A stretch of 64,000 nucleotides of DNA from Candidatus Aenigmarchaeota archaeon LH_S7 (GCA_023659895.1 JAGXOL010000003.1:1549-65548), one strand, 5' to 3'; counted from the first letter of the stretch, positions 42,794 through 53,161 are shown. Notes: generated from the letters alone by a model not told the origin. A program made the numbers and translations.

Positions 42794-43594
42794 ATGTCAA
42801 GCTCCAAAAAAACGAATAGATATTTGATTTTTACTGATTTGGATGGCACTTTACTTAACAGAAACTACTCTTCCCAGGGTGCTTTATCTGTCTTAAAAAA
42901 ATTGAAAAAGAAAAAAATCCCTGTAGTTTTCTGCACAGCTAAAACCAAATCTGAGCAGGAACTAATCAGGAAAGAACTTGGAATAAATGACCCTTTCATT
43001 GTTGAGAATGGCTCCGCAATTTACATCCCTAAAAATTATTTTGGAGAAAGAAAAGGGAAGCTGAAAGGAAAATATGAAATAATTGTTTTGGGTGTTGAAT
43101 CCAAAAAGATAAAGGATGAAATAGACAAGTTAAAGAAGAAATACAAAATAAAAAGTTACCACAATATGAGTGCTAAGGAAGTTTCAAAAAAAACTGGTTT
43201 AACACTTGAAGCTGCGAAAAAAGCAAAGAGAAGAGAATTTGGAGAAACAATAATTGAGTCAGACAAAGCTGCCTTGAGGGAACTGAAAAAGAAATTTAAT
43301 GTTGTGATTGGAGGTCGTTTCATGCAGGTTTTTGGTGAAGGTACTGACAAGGGAAAGTCAGTAAAAATTTTGTCCAATTTATATAGAGAATCTAGTGATA
43401 TAATTACTATGGGGATTGGGAACTCTTTTAATGATAAACCTATGTTAAAAGCTGTTGACAAGGCAGCAATAGTTAGAAACCCTGATGGAAATTATACTAA
43501 TCTTGGTTTGAAGAATATATACAAGGCAAAAGGAATAGGTCCAAGAGGATGGAAGGAAGTTGTTGAGAAATTTGTGTTAAATAGAAAACCATGA
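42794..43594 (+). CDS. mpgP: Mannosyl-3-phosphoglycerate phosphatase family (HAD IIB)
   Basis: IFTDLDGTLL, CTAKTKSE, PFIVENGSAI, GGRF, DKGK, GIGNSFNDKPML, GPRGW. Confidence 0.8.
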   Translation: MSSSKKTNRYLIFTDLDGTLLNRNYSSQGALSVLKKLKKKKIPVVFCTAKTKSEQELIRKELGINDPFIVENGSAIYIPKNYFGERKGKLKGKYEIIVLGVESKKIKDEIDKLKKKYKIKSYHNMSAKEVSKKTGLTLEAAKKAKRREFGETIIESDKAALRELKKKFNVVIGGRFMQVFGEGTDKGKSVKILSNLYRESSDIITMGIGNSFNDKPMLKAVDKAAIVRNPDGNYTNLGLKNIYKAKGIGPRGWKEVVEKFVLNRKP

Positions 43595-46182
43595 AAAAAA
43601 CTAAAAAAAAGAAGTTTGGAAAAACAAATAAGGAAAAAGAAAGAATTTACTTAGCACCTCACAGCCATTATGATGCAATCTGGGTTTTTACTAAAGAGGA
43701 TTATTTCCACATTAACATTGATTTAATCCTGAAGAAAGCTGTGAATTTACTTGAGAAACAAAAGGATTACCGTTTTTTGATAGAACAGACTTATTTGTTA
43801 AGTGTTGTTGAAAGGAGGTATCCTGAATTATTCAAGAAAATCAAGGAAAATGTTAGGGAGGGAAAAATAGAGATTTCAGGTGGGGAATATTTGATGGCTG
43901 ATACTATGCTACCACAAGGAGAAACATTAATAAGAGAAATCATGTTTGGAAAGAAATTTGTAAAAGATACGTTTGGGGTTGATGTCCCTGTAATGTGGCA
44001 GGCAGACAGTTTCGGTTTGAATGCGCAATTACCACAAATTTACAGGAAAACTGGTTACAAATATCTTGCCTTTAGGAGGGGTTGTCCTTCTAATAAACCC
44101 TCTGAATTTTTTTGGGAAGGGTTGGATGGAACAAAAATTCTTAGTCATTGGATGCCTTTAGGGTATAGGGCAGGTTTAAACCTAAAGAAATTAGATCAAA
44201 ACTACAAAAAACTGAGAAAACTTGCCGCAACTAGCAATATTTTTATGCCTTCTGGTAGCGGGGTGACAATGCCACAGGAAGATACAACCAAAGTGGTGAG
44301 AGATTGGAACAAGAATCATAATGAAAAAATGAAAGTTTCCACACCATTGGATTTTTTCAAGAAGTTAGAGAAGGGTACTAAGAATTTAGTTACTAAAAAA
44401 GGTGAGATGTATTCTGGGAAGTATTCTGAGGTCTTCCCTGATAGTTCTTCAAGCAGGATTTGGATTAAGAAAACTTTGAGAGAATATGAAAATAAATTGT
44501 TGAGTTTTGAGAAGTTCTCTACAATAAACTTCCTAGTGGATAGTTATTATCCTGAGGAATTAAGGGATTGCTGGAGAAAAGTTTTATTTCTTGCATTCCA
44601 TGATGTAGTTCCTGGAACAGCTATTGACACTGGTTATGAGGAAGTTAGACAACACATAGGGTTCTTGGATAATCAATTAAAACTTCTCATACCTCACATA
44701 CTTAGATCCATTGCAGAGAATGATTCAAATAATGAGGAAGAAGGTAATATTATTGTTTTCAACCCTCTTTCCTGGGAGGTTTCCAATTGGGTAGAGGTTG
44801 ATTTGAGTTTTGATAAAGGAGAAATTAAGAATATTGAAGGTCTGAAATCTGGTGAGGAGGAACTGGATGTGGAACTAATGAACTTTTCAAGATATGAAGA
44901 TGAATCAATAAGAACCGCGAGAATAGGTTTTGTACCAAATGTGCCTGCTGTAGGTTACAAAGTTTACAAGATATTGCAGAGAAAACCCAAAACTAAAGAG
45001 AAAACTCTGAAAATAAAAGGTAACAAGATTGAAAATCCTTTTTTTAAAGTTGGGTTTTCCCCTAGTGATGGACTCATAAATGTTTGGAAAGACAAGGACT
45101 TTATTTGTAAAGGTAACGAATTAGTTTTGGAGGAGGAAAAAGGAGACTTGTATTATCATAAAAACGAGCTTGATAAACCTCTAAAAACAGAAGGGGGAGA
45201 AGGTGTGAAATATGGTTTTTTCAAAATCAGGGATTTTTGGATTGACAAGTCAGACTTGAGAAGAGTCATAAACATAAAAACCGATTACTATTCTTTAAGA
45301 TGGCCTTACCGTTTGTTAGACAAGATGGAACCTATTCTTTGGAAACACAATTTCATAAGTTTTGACAAGAAAATCATAGTTTACAGGGATTTGCCAAGAA
45401 TAGACTTCATAACTACTGTGAGAAATCAGCACCCTAGAATCAGATTAAGAACCAGATTTAACACATGCCTCAAGAATTCAAATTACACTTGCGAAACACA
45501 ATTTGGAAGCGTGGAAAGAAAAACAGATGAATTCTATTTGAAACCAAAAAACTGGGTGGAAAAGCCAAATGGAATCTATCCTTCTTTGAGATGGATAGAT
45601 TATAGTGATAAGAAAGGTGGAATAACTCTTCTTAATGATGGAATACCTGAGAATGAAGTCAGGGATGGGAATGTTTACCTTACTTTGCTAAGGTCTGTTT
45701 CAATGCTTTCTTCTGATGGTAGTTGTGGTCCTGCTGTTCCTGTTTTAGATGCAAGAGAATTAAAAAATTTTGAATTCAGATATTCTTTGTATCCTCATGA
45801 AGGTGATTGGAAAAAAGCTAAATCTTACCAGCAAGGACATGAATTTAATAGAAATTTGATTGCCTTACAAACTACTAAAAAGAATAAATTTAAGAGAGAA
45901 AGATCTTTCTTCAAAATAGAACCAAACAATGTAATTCTAACTTCAGTAAAAAAAGCAAACAACACTAAAAAAGGGAAGGAGATTATTTTAAGATTCTATG
46001 AAGCTTCGGGTAAAAAAACAAAAACTTCTATAAGTTTGTTCAAGAAACCTAAAAACATGGAGGTTGTCAATTTGCTTGAAGAGAAGGACAGGGAGTTTGA
46101 TAAAAAATTGAAAGTGAAAGACAAAACTATTTATTTGGATCTAAAACCTTTTGAGATAGTTACCCTTAAAATTAAATTATGA
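43591..46182 (+). CDS. GH38 alpha-mannosidase
   Basis: HSHYDAIW, GETLIR, WQADSFG, FHDVVPGT, LTLLRS, LKPFEIVT. Confidence 0.9.
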   Translation: MKKTKKKKFGKTNKEKERIYLAPHSHYDAIWVFTKEDYFHINIDLILKKAVNLLEKQKDYRFLIEQTYLLSVVERRYPELFKKIKENVREGKIEISGGEYLMADTMLPQGETLIREIMFGKKFVKDTFGVDVPVMWQADSFGLNAQLPQIYRKTGYKYLAFRRGCPSNKPSEFFWEGLDGTKILSHWMPLGYRAGLNLKKLDQNYKKLRKLAATSNIFMPSGSGVTMPQEDTTKVVRDWNKNHNEKMKVSTPLDFFKKLEKGTKNLVTKKGEMYSGKYSEVFPDSSSSRIWIKKTLREYENKLLSFEKFSTINFLVDSYYPEELRDCWRKVLFLAFHDVVPGTAIDTGYEEVRQHIGFLDNQLKLLIPHILRSIAENDSNNEEEGNIIVFNPLSWEVSNWVEVDLSFDKGEIKNIEGLKSGEEELDVELMNFSRYEDESIRTARIGFVPNVPAVGYKVYKILQRKPKTKEKTLKIKGNKIENPFFKVGFSPSDGLINVWKDKDFICKGNELVLEEEKGDLYYHKNELDKPLKTEGGEGVKYGFFKIRDFWIDKSDLRRVINIKTDYYSLRWPYRLLDKMEPILWKHNFISFDKKIIVYRDLPRIDFITTVRNQHPRIRLRTRFNTCLKNSNYTCETQFGSVERKTDEFYLKPKNWVEKPNGIYPSLRWIDYSDKKGGITLLNDGIPENEVRDGNVYLTLLRSVSMLSSDGSCGPAVPVLDARELKNFEFRYSLYPHEGDWKKAKSYQQGHEFNRNLIALQTTKKNKFKRERSFFKIEPNNVILTSVKKANNTKKGKEIILRFYEASGKKTKTSISLFKKPKNMEVVNLLEEKDREFDKKLKVKDKTIYLDLKPFEIVTLKIKL

Positions 46183-46511
46183 AAAGGCCTTGGGGAGAGT
46201 TTGATAACTTGGAAGAAAGCAAGAATTACAAAGTGAAAAAACTGGTTGTTTGGCCAGGAAAAAGATTGAGCTTGCAAAGACACAAACACAGGAGCGAACA
46301 TTGGATCGTGGTTAAAGGAAAAGCTAAGGTGACTTTGGATGAGGAGGTATTTACTCTTGAGAAAGGGAAATATATTTCTATAGAAGTTGGAAAAAAGCAT
46401 AGACTGGAAAATCCTGAAAAAGAGGTTTTGGAGGTGATTGAGGTTCAGGTAGGGGATTATTGTGGGGAGGATGACATTGAGAGGTTCTCAGATGATTATG
46501 GGAGAGACTAG
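46179..46511 (+). CDS. Cupin mannose-6-phosphate isomerase (type II domain)
   Basis: RPWG, LSLQRHKHRSEHWIVV, HRLENP, IEVQVGDYCGEDDIER. Confidence 0.9.
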   Translation: MKRPWGEFDNLEESKNYKVKKLVVWPGKRLSLQRHKHRSEHWIVVKGKAKVTLDEEVFTLEKGKYISIEVGKKHRLENPEKEVLEVIEVQVGDYCGEDDIERFSDDYGRD

Positions 46512-46551
46512 TGAAGAGTTATTTATTTTTTAATAAAAAATTCTTTTATTT

Positions 46552-47076
46552 ATGAAGCTAGAACTAGATATTATCCCTTTGGGAGAGAATAATAGGGATG
46601 TTATGGATGCCCTTAAGAGAGATCTCAAAGAGAAGAACTTTATTGTTAGGATTTTTGGAAGAATGAACATACCCAAGACATCTTTAAATTTCTATAGAAA
46701 GCAGTATGATGCTGATGTAATAGTTGATACATTGAGAAAAATGAGAGGAAATGTAATAGGTCTCACAAATGTGGATTTGTATGCCAAATCTTTAAATTTT
46801 GTTTTTTCTATTGCTGAATATGATGGTCCTTCCGTGGTTTCCACTTATAGAATGAACCCTACTTTTTACCAGGAAAAGCCTAATTTTGATGTGATGGTTC
46901 AAAGATTAGTGAAAGAAATCCTTTATTGCGTGGGAAGGATGCAAGGTCTGAATGAATGTCCTCATCCAAAATGCTTGATGCACAGATCTCGCTCTGCAGG
47001 TGATTTGGACTTCAAGAATGGAAACTTTTGCAAGGAATGTGAGATAAATAATACTCTTAAAGGAATTAATTTGTAA
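46552..47076 (+). CDS. Archaemetzincin-like protein with degenerate zinc-binding motif
   Basis: RKQYDA, DLYA..LNFVF, VVSTYR, C..PKCLM..S, FCKEC; HExxHxxGxxH position reads YCVGRMQGLNE. Confidence 0.75.
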   Translation: MKLELDIIPLGENNRDVMDALKRDLKEKNFIVRIFGRMNIPKTSLNFYRKQYDADVIVDTLRKMRGNVIGLTNVDLYAKSLNFVFSIAEYDGPSVVSTYRMNPTFYQEKPNFDVMVQRLVKEILYCVGRMQGLNECPHPKCLMHRSRSAGDLDFKNGNFCKECEINNTLKGINL

Positions 47077-47085
47077 TATTTTATT

Positions 47086-47757
47086 ATGTGCGCAAAGAAA
47101 AAAGAAGCAGAGGTTGAAGAATCAAAGGAAACCACCAAAAAACAAAAAAAAGCAGAGAATGAAAAAGCTGTAAAAACTAAAAAAACAGAAGGAGAAGGGA
47201 AGAAAAAGGAAAAGAGAAAAACTTACAAAGGTGATGTGCAGGAAAACAAGGTGATTGTTTGGGGTATAGAGGATGCGAACGAGATTTATGATTTGGGTTG
47301 CTTCGGAAAAATCAAGGATGATGATAGGAATGAATTATCCTTAGAAGAAGCTATGTTATTGGTTAATAGAAACAGGTTAAATGTTAGAAAGAATGGAAGA
47401 AAAATAAGCAAGAAAAAGTTCTATGAATATGCTTGCTCAATGGATGATGAATTCCCTTGGAAATATCGTGTTTATGAGGATTTAAGAAATAGAGGTCTTC
47501 TTGCAAAGACAGGCTTTAAATTTGGTACTCACTTCAGAGTTTATGGTCGCGGAGTTAGATTAACCAAAGGACATAAAAATAGAAAAGAGCACACAAAATG
47601 GATTGTCCATGCAGTTCCTGAAACTTTCACTTGTTCATTACCTGAATTAGCTAGGGCAGTAAGGTTGGCCCACAACATCAGGGCAAAAATGCTTTGGGCT
47701 GTGGTTGACAAGGAAGGGGATGTGACTTATTATGAGATTGTTAGAAAAACACCTTGA
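47086..47757 (+). CDS. endA: tRNA-splicing endonuclease
   Basis: LSLEEAMLL, YRVYEDLRNRG, KTGFKFGTHFRVY, KEH, VRLAH, VDKEGDVTYY. Confidence 0.93.
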   Translation: MCAKKKEAEVEESKETTKKQKKAENEKAVKTKKTEGEGKKKEKRKTYKGDVQENKVIVWGIEDANEIYDLGCFGKIKDDDRNELSLEEAMLLVNRNRLNVRKNGRKISKKKFYEYACSMDDEFPWKYRVYEDLRNRGLLAKTGFKFGTHFRVYGRGVRLTKGHKNRKEHTKWIVHAVPETFTCSLPELARAVRLAHNIRAKMLWAVVDKEGDVTYYEIVRKTP

Positions 47758-47759
47758 TT

Positions 47760-48281
47760 ATGGACTTTTTTGATGTTTTGAAGGAACGGACTTCAATCAG
47801 AAATTTCAAGTCAGCAGAGTTGAAGAAAGATGATTTAAACAAGATTCTCATGGCTGCGAATTCAGCACCTTCTGCAGGTAATTTGCAATCCTATGAGATT
47901 GTTTTGATTAAGGACAAGGAAAAAAGAGATAAATTAAAAGATGCTTGCTTCCAACAACATTTTGTTTCACAGACTCCAGTGGTTTTAGTTTTTTGCGCGA
48001 ACAAGGAAAAAGCTTCTGTGAGATATGGGGAAAGAGGGGAAAAACTTTATTCAGTTCAGGATGCAACTATTGCTTGTTCTTATGCTCAACTAGCTGCAGC
48101 AGCTCTTGGTCTGGGTTCTTGTTGGGTAGGAGCCTTTGATGAAAATGAAGTAAAAAATATAATTGAAGCCCCAGATTATATAAAACCTGTAGCAATTTTA
48201 CCTATTGGTTATGCAAATGAAGAAACTCACCAAACTCCTAGAAGAAAGTTGGATGACCGGGTGAAGGAAGATGGTTTTTAA
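47760..48281 (+). CDS. Nitroreductase family protein
   Basis: RTSIRNF, APSAGNLQ, GLGSCWVG, IGY. Confidence 0.9.
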   Translation: MDFFDVLKERTSIRNFKSAELKKDDLNKILMAANSAPSAGNLQSYEIVLIKDKEKRDKLKDACFQQHFVSQTPVVLVFCANKEKASVRYGERGEKLYSVQDATIACSYAQLAAAALGLGSCWVGAFDENEVKNIIEAPDYIKPVAILPIGYANEETHQTPRRKLDDRVKEDGF

Positions 48282-48302
48282 TTATATAAACAAAATATAT
48301 TT

Positions 48303-48625
48303 ATGATAACTCCTAAAGAGAAAAAGAATACTTAAATATGCAAAAAAATATAGAGTTTCCTCCGCATTTTTATTTGGCTCTTCTCTAGAAAAAATAAATA
48401 CAATGACATAGATATTGGTATAAAAGGAATTAAACCAAAACTGTTTTTTAAAAAATTTATGATTAGTTTGTCTGAGAAAATTGAAGCAGAAAAGGATAAT
48501 ATAGAAAAAACTTTAAAGAATTTGGAAAAAGCAAGAGATAGAAAAGAAAAGTCTGTGATTGAACTATCTGCAGTTGCTGCATTTTACATAATATTTATAA
48601 TGGAATTGAGAATATTTTGAAAGAA
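48303..48625 (+). pseudogene. Decayed MNT + HepT-like HEPN toxin-antitoxin pair
   Basis: Fragments LFGSSLEK and NDIDIGIKGIKP; from 48459 MISLSEKIEAE...ELSAVAAF, frameshift, HNIYNGIENILK. Confidence 0.65.
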
Positions 48626-48661
48626 GAAAATATAAAAATCTACCTGTCAAATATACTCCTT

Positions 48662-49318
48662 CTAACTCTCTTCTTTTTTCTCTCCGGCTTCACTGAAATA
48701 TTTTTCCCAAAGTTTTCCCTCTTCTTCTTTCAATTTCTCCAAATTTTCTAGACTTTCTACTTCTTCCCAGGCTTCCTTTGCCCTCTCATAACTTTCTGGA
48801 CCAGCAATTCTACCTCTTTCGGAGTTTATTGCAGCTTCTACCCTTTTATATAATTTATCTATATCTCCTATTCTTATATTCATTTCTCTATTAAGAAGAT
48901 TCAAACCAATATACTTTCTTCTATTTAAAAGGCTCTCAATAACACCCTTCTTTATTATTACTTCTGGTAGTCCTTCTATCACCCTTTCAGCAGAATAATA
49001 TGCTTTTGGGTCATCCTTTAATTTCTTAGTAATAAGTTCACGGTCTTCCTTCGGAAGTTTTTCTACATCTTCAGTTATTTCATTTCCTGCACTTCTAATT
49101 TTATACCTTGTATCTCCACATATATCTATATATACTTTTCCTGTTGTCTTTGCCATATCGTAGCAAGCATTCTGGAATCGTTCAATTTTTAAATATACCT
49201 GCTCTCCTTCTTCTGACAATTCTGGACTTACTCTTTCTTCTGACAACTCTGGGTTTATTGATCCCTTAGAAGATCCCATTATGCCATCATACACCTCCTC
49301 TCTCTTATCTCCTATCAT
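48662..49318 (-). CDS. Hypothetical helical protein
   Basis: Long ORF; short PELSEE duplication. Confidence 0.55.
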   Translation of the reverse strand: MIGDKREEVYDGIMGSSKGSINPELSEERVSPELSEEGEQVYLKIERFQNACYDMAKTTGKVYIDICGDTRYKIRSAGNEITEDVEKLPKEDRELITKKLKDDPKAYYSAERVIEGLPEVIIKKGVIESLLNRRKYIGLNLLNREMNIRIGDIDKLYKRVEAAINSERGRIAGPESYERAKEAWEEVESLENLEKLKEEEGKLWEKYFSEAGEKKEES

Positions 49319-49382
49319 ATATTTATTTATATTTAAACAATTAAACAAAAATTATTCTTGATAATTTTATTTTAAGTAATTT

Positions 49383-50147
49383 ATGGTTTCAGGATTAGTA
49401 GTTCTTGACAAACCTTCTGGATTAACCTCTTTTGATTGTGTGGAAAGAATACAGAAAATATTTGGAATTAGGAAAGTTGGTCATACAGGAACTTTAGACC
49501 CAAAAGTAACAGGAGTTTTATTGCTTTTGGTGGGGGAATCAAGAAAATTGGCACCTTTTTTTGAGAACATGGACAAGACTTATGTTGGAGTGATGCATTT
49601 ACATGATGAAATTGATGAAGATAGATTATCTGAAATCCTGGAAAGATTCAGAGGGGAAATCAAGCAGTTACCACCTAAAAGGTCAAGGGTTGCCCGGGTG
49701 GAAAGAAAAAGAAAAATTCACAAATTAGAGATTAAGAAAATCGAGAGAAAAGATATAAGTTTGGAAATAGAATGTGAGCACGGCACTTACATAAGAAAAT
49801 TATTCCATGATATTGGGGAAGAATTAGGTGTTGGAGCACATATGAAACATTTGAGGAGAACTGCGGTGGACAATTTTTCTGAGAAAGAAGCAATCACATT
49901 TGAAAAACTAGAAAAAAACAAGGAAAAATATCTAATTAGCAATGAAAAAATTATATCAAAACTAAAGACAAAGAAGATTGTACTTGATGAGGAAGAAGAT
50001 AAAAAAGTGAGGAATGGGGTTCCCTTAAAAAAAGATAAAAAATTAAAATCAGGAGAAATGATTGCGATTTTTGTTGGTTCGAAATTAAGAGCAATTGGAA
50101 TTGTAGATAAACAAAAAATTAAGATTAATAGGGTTTTACTGGATTAA
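49383..50147 (+). CDS. cbf5: Pseudouridine synthase Cbf5/TruB, short form with PUA domain
   Basis: LDKPSGLTS, GHTGTLDPKVTGVL, QLPP, CEHGTYIRKL.HDIG, LRRT. Confidence 0.9.
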   Translation: MVSGLVVLDKPSGLTSFDCVERIQKIFGIRKVGHTGTLDPKVTGVLLLLVGESRKLAPFFENMDKTYVGVMHLHDEIDEDRLSEILERFRGEIKQLPPKRSRVARVERKRKIHKLEIKKIERKDISLEIECEHGTYIRKLFHDIGEELGVGAHMKHLRRTAVDNFSEKEAITFEKLEKNKEKYLISNEKIISKLKTKKIVLDEEEDKKVRNGVPLKKDKKLKSGEMIAIFVGSKLRAIGIVDKQKIKINRVLLD

Positions 50148-50336
50148 ATTGATTAATATTTAATAAATTATGGGAATAGGTGAAATTAATATCTACAATA
50201 CTGAAGAATATTTGAAACAATCTATCCAGGAACTCTCTGAAGTCCAAGAAAAATTTGTACAATATCTTAGTCTTGTTGACTTAAAAATAGAATCTTCTGC
50301 GGACTCAGGGTTTTAAAATAAGTTAAAAATAAAAAA

Positions 50337-51413
50337 TTATTTAAACTTGTTCTTAAGTTTCTTCATTACTCCAGGCAAAGATGTGTATTCCATTTCCTCA
50401 TCAGGTAATCTGTGTGGTTGGAAAGGTCCATGTCTCCTTACATAGTTTGCTACATCATTTGCTTGCTCCCTTGCCTTGTCAAATCCTGGATCTGCAAAGA
50501 TATCTTCTGCTGCTGTGATTTTTGAGTTAGCTACCTGCAAACCTAGGCAAGTAACCCTTGGAGGTCCATCGAATCTTGTGCATCTCGCATCTTTCAAACC
50601 AACTGGCATTAATGGTCCATTATGAGACCCTCGCATCCATCCTGCAACCAAGAAAGGAAATGAGAATGGTTCAAGAACTTCACCAACTGCAGGAAATCCT
50701 GACTGGGCTCTTACTACAGCTACAGGATCATCTTTACCAACATATTTACCTGCCATTTGTGAAAGTTTTTGAGTTGAGGTTACTGCAGCTATTTCTTTTT
50801 TCTTGCTGTAAACTGATTTAATTACATAAGCATTTGGTGAACCAACTAAAGCAAGCAAGTCGTACATTTCCTCTGGTGTGCTTATTTTTACTGTTTTACC
50901 TTTCTTTGTATCCAAAACCTCAAACACAAATCCATCATGCATCTTTGGGTCAATTACCAATCCAGCAGTGTTGAAAGGGTCAGCAAAAATCTTGTAAATA
51001 GGAAAGTTCCATGCCCCAGCTTCTGTCTTATCAGCCATGAAAACTAGAACAGGATCACTCTTTCTTTCCTCAAATTCCATCTCAGCTGTTCCAGGGCCCA
51101 TTCCTTTCACATTTCCAGAGAAGGTGTTTTTCAAAATATCTTGACCAGCCCCATAATATTTTTCCTTTTTAGCAATCTTTGTGCATTTCATGAAAACATC
51201 CCAAGATAATTTATGAATTTGCTTGTTGTCCACTCCTTTGCAGTGAGTCATTATTAGTTGCAAGTCATCTCCGCAATGTGTAACATAGTAATCCTTAAGA
51301 ACTTTTGATTTCTTCAAGGTCTTTTTTGCCTCATCTATTAATTTTTGATTACATGTTGAATGACCTGGTGCTCCACCTACATCCGCTTTTATTACAGAAA
51401 TTGTCGTCTTCAT
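50337..51413 (-). CDS. fbp: Fructose-1,6-bisphosphate aldolase/phosphatase (class V)
   Basis: SVIKADVG, GDDLQLIMTH, YGAGQD, DPFNTAGLVID, YVGKDDP, GWMRGSH, MEYT. Confidence 0.96.
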   Translation of the reverse strand: MKTTISVIKADVGGAPGHSTCNQKLIDEAKKTLKKSKVLKDYYVTHCGDDLQLIMTHCKGVDNKQIHKLSWDVFMKCTKIAKKEKYYGAGQDILKNTFSGNVKGMGPGTAEMEFEERKSDPVLVFMADKTEAGAWNFPIYKIFADPFNTAGLVIDPKMHDGFVFEVLDTKKGKTVKISTPEEMYDLLALVGSPNAYVIKSVYSKKKEIAAVTSTQKLSQMAGKYVGKDDPVAVVRAQSGFPAVGEVLEPFSFPFLVAGWMRGSHNGPLMPVGLKDARCTRFDGPPRVTCLGLQVANSKITAAEDIFADPGFDKAREQANDVANYVRRHGPFQPHRLPDEEMEYTSLPGVMKKLKNKFK

Positions 51414-51442
51414 AATATTACTTTCTTATATAATTAAAGATT

Positions 51443-51676
51443 ATGAAAGATTTGTTCTTTATTGGAGTTATTTTGTTGATAGCTGGGATAATTTTAATAA
51501 CTTTGTCAGCAGTTTCAGGCTCTGAAGGTAAAACTAAATTTGCTTTCTTTGGATTTATTGGACCTATTCCTTTCGGGTTTGGAAATTCTGAAAACCTAAT
51601 GAAAATCGCTATAGTTGCTTCTATAATAGGAATAATTATTTTTCTTCTTTTTCTTAAGTATGTAGAGATAATATGA
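51443..51676 (+). CDS. DUF131-like small membrane protein
   Basis: Two TMs around FIGPIPFGFG. Confidence 0.7.
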   Translation: MKDLFFIGVILLIAGIILITLSAVSGSEGKTKFAFFGFIGPIPFGFGNSENLMKIAIVASIIGIIIFLLFLKYVEII

Positions 51677-52788
51677 TAATAACTGCAGACTTCCATTTAG
51701 GATATGGTTATAACACAAAAAGAGAGAAAGATTGCTATTCTATTTTGGATGAGATTTTACAGGAAGAAGAAAATCTGATTCTTTTTGCAGGGGATATGTT
51801 TGATTCTAGAATACCAAGATTGGAAATTCTTTCAGAGGCAATGGGTTTTCTCACGAAACTTAAGGACAAAGAAAGCAATGTTAAATTGATAGAATGTGAT
51901 AAAAAGGTTAATAGGAGGACCTTGCAGGGAATTCCTTTTATCTCAATTTATGGTAATCACGAGAGAAGACCTAACCTGATAAATCCAATTCAGACCTTGG
52001 AGAGAGCTGGTTTGTTGATAAATCTGCACTGCGAGAAAATTGTTCTTGAGGTTGATGGAAAGAAAATTGCGGTTCACGGAATGAGCCATGTTCCTGATAA
52101 ATATTCAAAGGATGTGTTAAAAGAATGGAACCCTAAACCTGTAGAAGGAGCAACAAACATTTTATTGATGCACCAGAACATTGATCCTTTCATTTATTCC
52201 CCATTTGAAGATGTTAATTTGAAAGTTTCTGACTTGCCAGTTGGTTTTGACTACATTGTTAATGGTCACATTCACTGGAAAAATGAGGTTGATTTGGATA
52301 GTGGGAAATTGTTAATTCCTGGAAGCACAATTCCCACTCAATTAAACAAGAAAGAATCTCAAGTGAGGAAGGGTTATTTTTTGTTGAATGAGAAATTAAA
52401 ATTCAAGGAGATAAAACAAAGAAGTTTTTATTACAAGACTTTGGAAAGTAAGGAAGAACTTGAGAAATTCTTGGAAAGCGTTGAGAAAGAGGAGATTAAG
52501 CCAATTATTAAAATAAAAATAAAGAACACCTCTACTATTGATTTAAACATAATTGAGAAGAAATTTAAAGATCGTGGAATCTTGATTTTCCAGAGAGAAG
52601 TTGAGAAAAAGTTTGAGAAGCAGAAAAGTGAAATTTTGAACAAGCAGTTATCAGCGGAGGAATACGGTCAGAAATTATTAAGGGATAAGATGAAACTGGA
52701 GAATTTGGATGATTTGACTAATTCCATTCTGGAAGATGACTTTTCTGGAATAGAGAAAATCCTTAGAGAAAACTTTGAAAAGAAATAA
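51673..52788 (+). CDS. mre11: Mre11/SbcD-family nuclease
   Basis: ADFHLG, AGDMFD, GNHE, LLMHQ, NGHIH, PGS. Confidence 0.85.
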   Translation: MIITADFHLGYGYNTKREKDCYSILDEILQEEENLILFAGDMFDSRIPRLEILSEAMGFLTKLKDKESNVKLIECDKKVNRRTLQGIPFISIYGNHERRPNLINPIQTLERAGLLINLHCEKIVLEVDGKKIAVHGMSHVPDKYSKDVLKEWNPKPVEGATNILLMHQNIDPFIYSPFEDVNLKVSDLPVGFDYIVNGHIHWKNEVDLDSGKLLIPGSTIPTQLNKKESQVRKGYFLLNEKLKFKEIKQRSFYYKTLESKEELEKFLESVEKEEIKPIIKIKIKNTSTIDLNIIEKKFKDRGILIFQREVEKKFEKQKSEILNKQLSAEEYGQKLLRDKMKLENLDDLTNSILEDDFSGIEKILRENFEKK

Positions 52789-52807
52789 ATATCTGTAGTT
52801 ATTAATT

Positions 52808-53161
52808 ATGGTATATAAATCCATATCTCCACTAATCTATAACAATCGTTATGCTACTAGAATAGGTCGTCTCTCAGATGAAATGAACTTAGGAATGGAT
52901 GCTTTCAGTAATGCTTATGTTGGAGCAGGCCTTAATAATAACTTTTTTATTAATTCAGGAATAAAACCTTACCAAAATTGTTACATCTCTCCTTTAAAAA
53001 ATATTGGAAAAAAATACTATGTCAAATTAATACCTGTTACTCCTAATTTTAAGGAATCATGGGATTTCTGTGAAAATGAATATATAATTCTACCAACAGA
53101 ATTTGAATATGAAAATTATTTCAAAGAAGGAGAAATAGCTATAATAAATAATTTTATTTAA
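52808..53161 (+). CDS. Hypothetical protein
   Basis: 117-aa ORF. Confidence 0.4.
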   Translation: MVYKSISPLIYNNRYATRIGRLSDEMNLGMDAFSNAYVGAGLNNNFFINSGIKPYQNCYISPLKNIGKKYYVKLIPVTPNFKESWDFCENEYIILPTEFEYENYFKEGEIAIINNFI

